A DNA stretch of 54,378 nucleotides, filler included, from Porpidia crustulata (Eukaryota): the NCBI GenBank assembly GCA_964255105.1. It is 5 parts of 5 records of this genome, joined end to end, with 100 filler letters (N's around TTAATTAATTAA, not from the genome) between each part and the next. Parts side by side here need not be neighbours in the genome. Positions count along the whole stretch, not along the records: positions 32,701 to 43,490 come from CAXUWE010000728.1; positions 43,591 to 54,378 come from CAXUWE010000729.1; 3 more parts are not named here. One strand, 5' to 3'. The notes beneath the pieces are model-generated. The model searched no databases, was not told the DNA's origin, and saw only the letters and a program-made list of their open reading frames with translations. Position numbers and translations under genes: made by a program. Position 1 is the stretch's first letter. Each line of letters starts with the position of its first letter. Positions 36,445 to 46,499 of this stretch are shown here, piece by piece.

Positions 36445-36855
36445 CATACCAGGCTCGGGAAACCCATCATTCCATGACGGCGCCGTAGTCACCAGATGGT
36501 TGAGCAGCTGCAGCATGTATTTGTAGTCACGAACTTGGTGATGGCCATTAGGGTCCTTGGAACAAAGCTTCTTGCTCGGGACTTTCCCGAACAGGGTGGA
36601 AAACAGAAGGTATATTCGAGTGTCTCCATCTATATCAGATCTTTGAACTCTTTGAGCACGGAAATTAATTATGGAGGATTTTTCCCAACGTGATCGATCA
36701 TATCTCCGAGCCATTCTTTGTGAACTCGATGATCTTGAGGTAGCCACTCACCGGGTCTGAGAGTTTCAGAAAATGCGATGACAAGTGCTAGCGGATATTG
36801 CTCGCTATGAACACGGTGCTCGTCAGGTATCTGAATCTCATCGACAGCTGTGATC
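36445..36855 (-). pseudogene. Truncated remnant of a PsiD-like / phosphatidylserine-decarboxylase-family gene (N-terminal domain only)
   Basis: Joining two frames gives DEHRVH|..PGEWLPQDHRVHKEWLGDMIDHVGKNPP*LISVLKEFKDLI/DGDTRIYLLFSTLFGKVP..DPNGHHQVRDYKYMLQLLNHLVTTAPSW, which I recognise as this domain. It carries a stop at 36669-36671, a 2-bp frameshift, and no catalytic C-terminal half. Confidence 0.78.
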
Positions 36856-37318
36856 TCTGAACGTGAAACACGGCGGCTGAAAGACACCTTGATGCCCTTA
36901 ATGTTATGTCTGAAAGACTTCGCATTCCTCTGAAAACTCTACCAAATTCATTGGTGGGGAACAGTGAACGAAGACATGCGATTTATCTAGTTACGCTGCC
37001 TGGATTTACAATTACCTGGTCTCTTCTCGCTGCTTACAGCAAAATCTATGATTAACGACGTTAAGCTAACACTGTAAGTTTACAGGCAGCGGTATCCCAG
37101 AAATTTGGGCAGTGCTGAAAAAATACATCATGGCCAGACCTAGGCGTCTTTGCGCATAGCTGATGAACCAACTGCCTCTTCCAGGGTACTACGAGACTGG
37201 CCCTTAATGCCCATATAGCGGAGATCCTGTACTCCTCTATTTCCTTCCGGGAGTTTAAGAGTTCAGCTCCCAAATTTCGTACGCGGATATCTATAACAAG
37301 GTGATGGGCCCTGTGAGA

Positions 37319-38446
37319 TCACGCACATGGCTCCTTGACCCCCGTCTTGACCAACCACCAATTGATGGGAAAGGCCGTCCAGTGCCCCAAGAACATTCCA
37401 ATCTATGCGCCTGTGAGCGAAAACCGTTCTTGGTCGAGTCATATTGGTTGTGCTAAGATATACCTGCATCATCCACCAATACGCCACCGTGTCCATTGGC
37501 AACTTCCCGTCGAAAATTGCCACTTGAAAAATCGCCATCCAACCAAAGAGGCCGATTTCGAAGCATGTCAAGGAGAGAGAATCGGCTTTGGCTGACCGCC
37601 ATAGTGTCTTCAGGCCGTATTGGCCCGTCATTGGAGCGATGGAGAGATACTGGAAGAAGATGCCAAAAGAAAGAGCGAGGAGGTAATCTGCACCATGAAC
37701 CAGAGTTGAGCCACATCTATTCTCCACCGCAGTTCATACGGCGACAGACATGGACACACGGGACAGGAGGAGAGGCAAATGGACCAACCTGCCGAAAATT
37801 CCACCCAAATCTCGCTTCCATTAATCTGAAGACCAGTCCCGTACACGAACCATTCTCCGAAAATGTCGCCAAGTAAGCAACCAGCGCCGCAATGACAAAC
37901 AGCAATGGTGATGGTTGCAAACATAGGTCGTCCGCTAGCTTCATGTTGCATATGAGAGTGCCCGGACATCTGATTGTCACCTGCGCCCCTGTACATGGGC
38001 CCATGTCCTGATATATCCTGGTGCTCTTCAACTTCTTCGGACGGAATTCTTCCTTGCTGACCTCTCTCCACATCCGTTCCATGATCTTCATGATCGTGAT
38101 ACCCATGGTCCTCGACCTCGTCATTGATGTGCTCGTAGTCGTTTTGGACTTTGGCCGGTCGCCCGTGCTTGAGATAGGTCCACAAGGTTATGGGAGCCAG
38201 ATAGAGTGCATTCAAAACGTAGACTGGAATCCTGTTGACAACAATGCTCGTCAACTTGATGATTCCCCGGGCACTTTCGAGCATTACCGAAAAGAGCTTA
38301 CATACTCCCATCATAGTCCTCCACCCTTTCCGCCGAACGATGTTAAGCATGATCCACAACGAACATAACCCTGCCGCGCCGATGGAGATCGCAGAAACGA
38401 CAGTCAGCGCCGGCGGCGGGTTGTACGACGGTTCGTTTTTGTCCAT
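37319..38446 (-). CDS. DUF4396 integral membrane protein with a His-rich loop; introns 38232-38301, 37688-37788, 37403-37463; apparent 1-bp deletion at the end of exon 1
   Basis: RPMFATITIAVCHCGAGCLLGDIFGEW, DYLLALSFGIFFQYLSIAPM, KADSLSLTCFEIGLFGWM and YWWMMQ|IGMFLGHWTAFPINWWLVKTGVKE are DUF4396-type motifs. Confidence 0.85.
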
Positions 38447-38806
38447 TTCGCCAGTAATCGGAGCAAAAACAAGCTGCGTAACAAGAGGAAAACGCGGGAT
38501 CACGGGACGGACATTTCTACTGAATTACTTAGGAACCGCACAAATCGCGCATTCTTGTTATACGCACAAACGCCGCGATTCAAAATGGCCTACTTAAGTT
38601 CTTCCTTGCCCTTTCATTGACTCATCACGGCTTATAGCAGTTTCCCCAATTAAATTACATCCCAACAACTACATCCTCACCTCCTTTTTTATTTCACAGC
38701 TGCACACATTAGACTGAGTCTTTACATTACCGGGCACCGTTTGACATTCAACTCCCTTACTTTCCCAAACCTCCGCGTCGCGGGTAGGTAGAGCCACCAA
38801 CCCAAA

Positions 38807-39133
38807 ATGCCCGACCACCACTACAAGTTCAGCGTCGCCATGTCCTGCACCGGATGCTCCAAAGCAGTAGAAAAGGGTCCTAAAAAAACTCAACGGTCAG
38901 TAACCAACAGTCCCCACACAATTTCCCCCATCGTAGCTCGTTTGTCGCATCCAAAGCCAACCCTCCGATCCGCCGCTGCAGGGGTCAAAGAGTGCACCGT
39001 CTGGCTCGAAAACCAGGCCGCCGATGTCACGGCCGCGGACAAGCTCGATTACGATACCGTCCTGGCTACGATCAAGAAGACCGGCAAGACGGTCATGGCG
39101 GGGGAGGCGGATGGGGAGATCAGGCCGATTTGA
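38807..39133 (+). CDS. ATX1: Atx1-like copper chaperone (HMA domain); ancestral intron 38896-38981; apparent +1 insertion at 38871-38874
   Basis: HHYKFSVAMSCTGCSKAV (MxCxxC) and LDYDTVLATIKKTGKTV. Removing one A and splicing gives a 79-aa protein reading ..AVERVLKKLNGVKE.. Confidence 0.88.
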   Translation: MPDHHYKFSVAMSCTGCSKAVEKGPKKTQRSVTNSPHTISPIVARLSHPKPTLRSAAAGVKECTVWLENQAADVTAADKLDYDTVLATIKKTGKTVMAGEADGEIRPI

Positions 39134-40109
39134 TAGAGTACGAGTAGGGATCGGAGGGATTGGCACGGTGGGAAGTGGAGAGATGGTGGGCTGGGGGAGG
39201 GGGAGGACATGCGTTGAGTCGTTAGTTAGGAGGCTTTGATGATTGATGGATTTTGTGTGGTCGATTTGGTTTGTTGCGGTTGTTGTGTTGTGTGGTTCTT
39301 GGCTCTCACCAGTATTATAGAACGGAATTGCTTTGGACAAGCGCAGACTTCTACGGGTATACCTATCGTTTTGTCTGCCTACCGTCTGGTATACAAAATA
39401 CCATCTCCAAATCAAGCGAAAATCATTCGGAAGGTATGATAAGTCAAGATTTGCTAGATATTCGACCTCAAACTTCCCCCCAACTTTCTAGATTTTAATC
39501 GGGTTTGGTTAAATCGTTATGGAAAAAGCGAACAATTTTTTTTTTGAATCGTCAGTTTCGAAGAGAGCGAATATTCTTCTGCGTACAACGAGGTAAACAT
39601 TGGGCATATAAATTCATCGAAGCAAGAAATAATAGATGAGAATAGCACGTAGATGGAAATTCGTGTCCCTCCTGCTATCCTGCTACGCTCTCGCTGTTCT
39701 CTAAATCTGCTCGATCGGGTACTGCCATGAAAAGCTGAGCGATCGACGCCATTTCCGGACAGCACTAACGAGGACAATAACGAAGCCAAGCCACGCATAA
39801 AACCCTCGATCAGCGTCAACCGTAAGTATCGGCAGTGCCGCTGATGCCGCTCTAGCCGCTGGCATGCAGATCAAACCACAGACAATCTTCAAGTCCTTTT
39901 CGACGGCTTCCAAACACAGTGTAGACGTACTTTTTGTGAGGGGCGGAGGGATGGGGTGGTGGAGAGATGAAGTTAGAATGGAAATAGGCAAAGTTCGCAA
40001 GCGTCGTTCTCACGCCCAACCCACGCCTTTACCTCCTTAGCCCCAATCCCGCCATTCGACCCCTTTCCCACCACCTCACAGCCTCATATCCTCCATCTCC
40101 AACACCCTA

Positions 40110-41801
40110 TCAAACAACGCTCCAAGAACGATCAATAAACTCGTCCAAGCACGGCGCCAATGCATAGTCCGCATTCCCATGGACAAAGAAGCCAGCAACA
40201 CCACCTTCATCAGAATTGTCCTCAACTAATGGAGCCCTGCAGATGCCCTCTCGTGACATTGAGCTCAATCCTCCGTAAACTCGATATATCTTCATCTTGG
40301 AAAACCGAATATCAGTCATGGATGAGGGGCGTGATGGAATGTCAAGTGTGGTTCCTTGCGCTTGCATGAAAACAACCCCGGTAGACATTCCATCTACGCT
40401 GAAGAAAGCCCCGTCCGGAATCTCGTGGTAGCGAAGGAAGCGACGTGGCCTTTTAGCCTCAAAGTAAAGGGCGTTTGTGAAGTTTATGGAGGGGTCCAAT
40501 TTTACAAGAGCGATGTCGAGGGAGTCGAAACGCTCGGCAATCTCCCCGATTGTTCTACCATTGTTAGTAGGATGAAAGACCTCATCCCCGTGAATGAAGC
40601 CTTGGTTGGAGACTGTCAATCTCTGATGCCCGTGATTATCCTGCACAAGGACCCCGGCTGTTGTGTGCATTGACAAATCGGCAGTTGCTCTGGCGGACTC
40701 GACTCGCACACCCGGGCACAGCTCATTGAACGCGGCAAGGTAGTCTGAATCGTCTTCTGAAGATGTGGTTGGGGAGACAAATCTTTCCCTACCACGCACG
40801 GGGAGCCCTTCAAACACGGAGTCGGTCTGGTGGTAATAATGGACGGCGAATCCTCCAATCCTTCTCGGGAGAGAATTCGGCTGGTAGACTCTTTGATCCT
40901 CGACATGCAGTTCTACCAGGAGGCGAGGGCACATTATGTGGACCATTCGTGGGTTGCAGAACACGAAGAGCTGCTCTACTAACAGTCGCATCTCCTGATC
41001 ACTTGGCTGAGTCTGTTTCCGGAATTTAAAACTCAAAGGATCGACTGGCTCTCTTGGGCCAGCATAGTTGGCTGGTATTTCAAGAGGTCTTGCGTCAAAT
41101 AACGCCACCAGCCGTTGAATATTGGAATCGCGCAGTATCGTAGATGGAGGAGGCACAAAGCTCACTGCAACAGCAGCTACTGTCAACGGAAGCGGCTCGG
41201 GCGGCGAGACGGTCTCAATGACCATTACAGGAAATTGGACCCCTATCGCAGTGGGATTGAACCGAGTGACGATCCAGGCTTCCTCGACACCAGTTGGCAT
41301 TCGGAAGTCGTTCTTGTCAGAGTCCCATAGATAGTGAGAATGGAGGCTCGTCGAGCCAATGCCGGCCCCCATAGCCTCGCGGACCCCTCCAGTTATTCGT
41401 GGGTACTTGGGTCGTCGGCTCGGGATGTGCGTTAGAGACGAGGATGTTCGATGAACATTTACAATATGGCAACCGATGTCGAAGACCTGCAACTTCTGGA
41501 GACAGTCGGACACGAACTGGGCTTGGACTAGATAGCATTTCGAATAACACAAGGGCAGCAGACTCCTTGATATGAAGGTTTTGGCCGTACAGGTACACCT
41601 AGGTGAATGATGGGAAGTGTTCTGATGGAGTAGGGCTTCTTTGCTGATAATGAAAGAATTAAGATGGCCTGATGACAAGAATCTTGAAAAGTAGGTAAAA
41701 GCTACAGCCTCTCGGTGTGACCTGAAAAAGCCTGATAATAAGACGAAGCTTTGGCAGTGTGAAGCGTGTTTAGTGGTATAAGGTGAAGAGTGAGGGTTCA
41801 T
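40110..41801 (-). CDS. Uncharacterised protein with a C-terminal trypsin-like (PA clan) fold; start uncertain, possibly inactive
   Basis: 563-codon ORF with TTAGVLV..RLTVSNQGF..IGEI..LDIALVKL..GICRAPLV..VAGFF, in the order of chymotrypsin-fold motifs. The first ~130 codons do not look coding. Confidence 0.65.
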   Translation of the reverse strand: MNPHSSPYTTKHASHCQSFVLLSGFFRSHREAVAFTYFSRFLSSGHLNSFIISKEALLHQNTSHHSPRCTCTAKTFISRSLLPLCYSKCYLVQAQFVSDCLQKLQVFDIGCHIVNVHRTSSSLTHIPSRRPKYPRITGGVREAMGAGIGSTSLHSHYLWDSDKNDFRMPTGVEEAWIVTRFNPTAIGVQFPVMVIETVSPPEPLPLTVAAVAVSFVPPPSTILRDSNIQRLVALFDARPLEIPANYAGPREPVDPLSFKFRKQTQPSDQEMRLLVEQLFVFCNPRMVHIMCPRLLVELHVEDQRVYQPNSLPRRIGGFAVHYYHQTDSVFEGLPVRGRERFVSPTTSSEDDSDYLAAFNELCPGVRVESARATADLSMHTTAGVLVQDNHGHQRLTVSNQGFIHGDEVFHPTNNGRTIGEIAERFDSLDIALVKLDPSINFTNALYFEAKRPRRFLRYHEIPDGAFFSVDGMSTGVVFMQAQGTTLDIPSRPSSMTDIRFSKMKIYRVYGGLSSMSREGICRAPLVEDNSDEGGVAGFFVHGNADYALAPCLDEFIDRSWSVV

Positions 41802-42195
41802 GGAAAATCTTTAATTGAGAGACAAGAGGAGATGGTGATCGGATGAGAAAGTATTTAAGACGGGTTGAATGGGTGAATGATAAATTCTCGCTTGAACTAA
41901 TCCAGATTAAGCCATCTTGGACGTGTGAATCATTTGCAAAGTTTCCCATTTATGAATGACATGTGAGAATTCTAGAACAGCGCAGGGGTGGGGGATACCG
42001 TCACGTCACCACCAAAGATGCTTACCTGATCAAAATTGCTGTACCCACGGTAGACATGCGCTGTGTCATCAGAAATATGGCTTTCATGATGATCCTTGAG
42101 TCCGGAGCTGCACTGCGTAATCCCTCGAGTCGATTGCAAACTCCATCACTACCCTTACTCGAACCAAAGAGCGAAATGTGGCCGACCGCTAGCCC

Positions 42196-43490
42196 TCAAG
42201 CCTTCAACCTCCTCTCCTCGCACCTCACGCAAACAGGCATCTCATCTTCCCCTCGCGTGAAGAACTTCCCGTCCTCGAACCCGCCTTTGCACTCCTGTCG
42301 TTCAGCCGTAATCAGCAAAAAGCCCACCACGGACAGATTCCATTCCGTCGGAGCAGGACCAGAAGAAAAACATACCATGCAGCAAAAACAGCCCTCGTGC
42401 CACTCGCCTCCCAGCGCCTGCACGACCAGGTCCGTGATCGGGCGCCGGCACCCTTTGCATTTGCCGCTGAAACGCCGGGTGTGGCATCCCACGCACCAGG
42501 CAAATCCCTCCCGCTCCACAAACGGTGTCTTTCTATCAAACGGGTCCCCACATTCGGCGCAGAAAAAGTGCCCTACGTGCCACTCCCCGCCACACGCAAC
42601 CACTACTTCGCCTTCGATTGGGGTTTTGCAACTCCTGCATCTGGGGCTGAAATGTTCGTGGAAGTCGAGGTGGCAATAGAACCGCAATCCATCGTCTCCG
42701 TCGGCTTCAGCGGAGATCCCGCCAGCGTCGTCCAAGGGTATTGATTCGCCGTTGGAGCGGGCTGCGATGCGTTTGACGCGGGCGTCGCGGGCTGGGGAAG
42801 GTTCGGGGTAGAAGGCGACGCATTCGAGGAGCTCGGAGCAGTGGAAGCAGGTGAAGCAGGATGGGTGGAAGCGTTGGGAAGCCGCACTGACGATACGGCC
42901 CGAGATGGGGAGGGCACAAGCGGCGCATTGGGCTGTGGGACGGTTGTGCGACGGAATGGGTGACCAGTGGGGNNNNNNNNNNCGCGCGTGGGATCGGTGG
43001 AGGCGTGATGGGGAAGAGGCCTGGACTTGCTCGAGGGAGATGGAAGAGGGTGAGCCTTGGATGGTTCCTGGAGTGCGATGGTTGGGGATTCTTGGATCGA
43101 AATAGTGGGGATATCTGGGGTGGAGACTGAGATGGAGGGCACGGTAGAGACACTAATAACTGGGGCAGCAGACGAGTCATTGATTCGAATAGCAGGAGGA
43201 TATCCGACGGATATTGTCGGGACAGCAGGCGAAGAGACGGTGGATTGTGGGAGTTGAGGCTTCGAGTGAAGTACCGATGGTGTCTTCTTCGATCTATCAT
43301 GATTCGATGGATGGCTCAAAGGTGACGCTCCTCGTTTCAAGTCGGCCTCCCGAGGCTTCCAGTCAAGGTCAAAGCTGACAATCGGCCTTCCCTTCTGATC
43401 ACTCACGACAGTAGGCGACGGTAACTTTGGGCTCCTGTCCTTCATCCGGAGGCTAGTAGCAGCTCTGATCTCATCACTACGAATTTCTAT
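42196..43490 (-). CDS. LIM-domain (paxillin-like) protein, 5' truncated; intron 42295-42375
   Basis: Three LIM domains: CAAC..FHPSCFTCFHC..YCHLDF, CRSC..WHVGHFFCAEC..WCVGC and CKGC..WHEGCFCCM|EC..CVRC. They follow a Pro/Ser-rich region. A 10-N gap at 42973-42982 breaks the frame. Confidence 0.9.
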
Positions 43491-43590
43491 NNNNNNNNNN
43501 NNNNNNNNNNNNNNNNNNNNNNNNNNNNNNNNNNTTAATTAATTAANNNNNNNNNNNNNNNNNNNNNNNNNNNNNNNNNNNNNNNNNNNN
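43491..43590. other. Artificial contig spacer
   Basis: N44-TTAATTAATTAA-N44. Confidence 0.98.
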
Positions 43591-44075
43591 CTCCAGCCCT
43601 CTAACCCTCATCTGCCCCATCTTTCCGCTAACCCACATATCCTCCTCATCTCTCTTCCCAACCCTCCTCCCTTTCGCCTTAAGTTCGTTCACAATCTCTG
43701 TCTTCCTGTTTCCCGTAATCCCCAATTTCCCCATCAAGCTTTCCAAAACCTCGTTCATCGAACGGACGCTCAAAGCGTTCCTAGCAATATTGCCGAAGGC
43801 GACGGGAATGGAGTGCAAGACTGGCTGCGAGTTGGACTCCGGGCTGGGGATACGGGCGGCGATTTGGGTCTGTGGGGGGTTGGTCGGTGTCAGTGGGAGA
43901 TGTACGTGAAATGGAAGGGCAAGAAAGCAGAAGGGGGTTGACGCACTTCGGAGATGCCATGGGCGCGGAGGGCGTCAATTTCTGAAAGCTTGTCCTCACT
44001 GTAGGATGTCAGGGACGCAGAGATGAGGGTGGCCAACGCAAGGATAAGAGATAGGATGTTGAAGAGACGGGACAT
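43591..44075 (-). CDS. Small secreted protein, 3' truncated; intron 43870-43946
   Basis: Signal peptide MSRLFNILSLILALATLISA. A GTGCGT..CTGAC..CAG intron joins it in frame to TQIAARIPSP...VGKRDEED. Confidence 0.7.
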
Positions 44076-44407
44076 GTTGCTGTTGCTTGAACGATCTTGC
44101 CTAGATCGACGTAAGTGGATTGAACAGGCAGCATAAATAAAGAAAGTACAGAGATCGTCTTCGAGCGGTGACCAAACTGAAAGAGATTGAACATCGTCTT
44201 ACACTAGCACGCCAGCAAGATCACGTAGGCCAGAGGGGGCTTGAAACATTCCTCGCGTTTGACAAATAGTTTTGTGCAAGGAGCCAAGGCAGGGCACGTG
44301 AACTGCCGCTCAGTCTATTGTATAAGCGATGTCTCAAATAGGTATCTAGAACTCCCCTTTCAATGCATCACTGACTTTTTCCGTCGCCCTTGCGCCAACC
44401 TTCAAAA

Positions 44408-45655
44408 TTAGAACCCTCGCCCACGAATCGAACTACCCAGCTGACTACCGAAATTCATGCTCCTTTTGATCCTCAGCTTAGGTTCTGGCTCTGGCTGAAT
44501 CGCGGCTGTATCGTCGTTATCTTCCAAATCATGGACTACAGTAGGCTCCAAGTTTTCCGACTTTGCAACCTCAAGCTTCGAATTCAGCGCGCTGAGAAAG
44601 CTACTGTCCTCGGCTTCGTCATTGTGCAGGGCAAACGGTTTCTTCATCGCTGGATCCTCACTAACGTCCGCTACATCCGGGAAATAGGATTGAGAGCGCT
44701 CGGATGGTACTTTGGCAACCGAAGCGCGAGGTTCCAATGGTGGCCTTTCCGTCTCTGGTTGCAATGGTGTGGAAGGGTCACTCGACGCTGCTCTAGATAT
44801 GACGCTGGACCGGCGCGCTAAAGGAGTATGACCGGCATCCTTGGTACATGGATCGGAAGGTTGTCCAAGCTGATCCAAAGAAAGCGGAATGGAGCGAGGA
44901 GAAAGTCGCGATGGTGAAGGTTTAGGCGACGACGACTGCAAGGCGTTGAGATCCTTGAACAGGGCAGGAGCATTACCAGCCGATTTGAAGGTGATCCCGT
45001 CAACACTATGGTCAGTATTACTGCCCGAAATACCCAGCTGAGGACCTGCAGCCTCGATATTTGAACCATTCGAGAACGATCTTCCAGACTTAAAAGCCAT
45101 CGCATCCTCGGCAATACTAGATAAGCGCTCTGCTGGCCTTGTTGACTGGCTCGATGATTCCGAAAACGTACGAATTGGTTGAGCATCGCTCTTTCCTCCA
45201 GCACCTCTCCAAAACTCATCACCTGAACTTGTGGGGGACTCGGTCACGCTCGGAAGTTTCCACGGTACACTTGATGGCGAGCCGTTTCGATGAGTTGGAG
45301 AGGAGAGTTGATTGGAATTCCTCCCTTGCATGCGGCGTACAGTTGAGTCGAGGTGTACGATCTTTTCATGCAATTCGGTCCGTTCGATATTCCACAAAGC
45401 TCTCTCTTCATCAAAAGCCTGGCGCTGGCGATCCATCAATGTTCGGCATTGTTGAATGTATCGAGCCGATGCAAGCTGGCCAGATATCGAAGCTCGTGTA
45501 GAGGATCCGGGCATCTGGCTTGCAGATTTGACTGGAGGCTGAAGAGGTAGGCTCGTGTGCCTTGAGGGGTGGTGGTTTTTGTTGAAGGGATTCTCTTTGT
45601 TGTCATTGAAGTCTGATGGCGACATTGAGGACGATGATACGACTGCTGAGGCCAT
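44408..45655 (-). CDS. Hypothetical protein with a coiled coil and a Ser/Pro-rich disordered region
   Basis: ORF of over 400 codons with heptad segment CRTLMDRQRQAFDEERALWNIERTELHEKI and C-terminal PKLRIKRSMNFGS. Confidence 0.8.
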   Translation of the reverse strand: MASAVVSSSSMSPSDFNDNKENPFNKNHHPSRHTSLPLQPPVKSASQMPGSSTRASISGQLASARYIQQCRTLMDRQRQAFDEERALWNIERTELHEKIVHLDSTVRRMQGRNSNQLSSPTHRNGSPSSVPWKLPSVTESPTSSGDEFWRGAGGKSDAQPIRTFSESSSQSTRPAERLSSIAEDAMAFKSGRSFSNGSNIEAAGPQLGISGSNTDHSVDGITFKSAGNAPALFKDLNALQSSSPKPSPSRLSPRSIPLSLDQLGQPSDPCTKDAGHTPLARRSSVISRAASSDPSTPLQPETERPPLEPRASVAKVPSERSQSYFPDVADVSEDPAMKKPFALHNDEAEDSSFLSALNSKLEVAKSENLEPTVVHDLEDNDDTAAIQPEPEPKLRIKRSMNFGSQLGSSIRGRGF

Positions 45656-46499
45656 ATAGGAGCCGTTACGAACTAGAAATGGTATGTCAGTCTCGGTCAC
45701 ACGACAGTAAGCTTGCGCCTAATCGTCCGTACCTAGAAGGCTGCTTAAAATTAACAAAGGCTACAGAGAGTCAAACAGCAACCATGATTACATCACAAAC
45801 ACTTTACTGTAAGAGCATCAAGCAGTCAGATGCTCAATAGCTGATATCGTGTGCCCATATAACGATGAAACCAGTACGGAGCACGGAGCACAGAGCAATT
45901 AATCATTGTTATTTATTTCTTCCCAGTTCCTGGGAAAGGGGATTATGACGCTGCGATCTGCCGCTAGGAGCTTATTCGTCCGGGCTACTTCGGGCCGTCG
46001 CTGATACCTCCGTCACTAGCATGACGTGCCACCGTGCCATGGATATGGAAGTACGGTCGTCTAACGGTCTGATTACGGAAGAAGAGATATGAAATCGAAA
46101 AATTAAGTCATATTGGAGATGACTCGTATAATGGGTATGAAAAATTATGGTTTGCATATTGGGTTTGCAATTGCTACAATTCCCTCCATAACTCTGGCCA
46201 TATCAGAACGGACCTTTTCCCATCAGCTCTTGCCAAACACGATTCCTAGGTACTCGGTCGTTGCTGCTTCAAGCATATGTGGGAAGGCATCCGGAAAAAC
46301 TTCCTAGAATTGTAAGCGCCTATTGACTATGGCTAGTAGATAATGGAGAATTCATATCGAGATAAAACGCTTGATTTATCTTCCTACATTGGACCGTCAA
46401 AGGCCTAAAAACCACATTGTAGTAGCGTCAGGTAGGTCACTGGACATTTAGTATTATGTTGGATACATCACACTACGTTACATGAGACACCCGTAGTCT

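Noticed and set aside
38461..38468. TTTGCTC on the minus strand as a Mac1-type copper-response element
   Set aside because: A single imperfect match only 15 bp from the start codon, probably in the 5' UTR.
39517..40000. Short minus-strand ORFs between Atx1 and the trypsin-fold gene
   Set aside because: Possibly a remnant, but I could not derive a consistent gene model or motif.
42973..42982. Frameshift in the LIM-domain gene
   Set aside because: It coincides with a 10-N gap of estimated length, so it is an assembly artefact.
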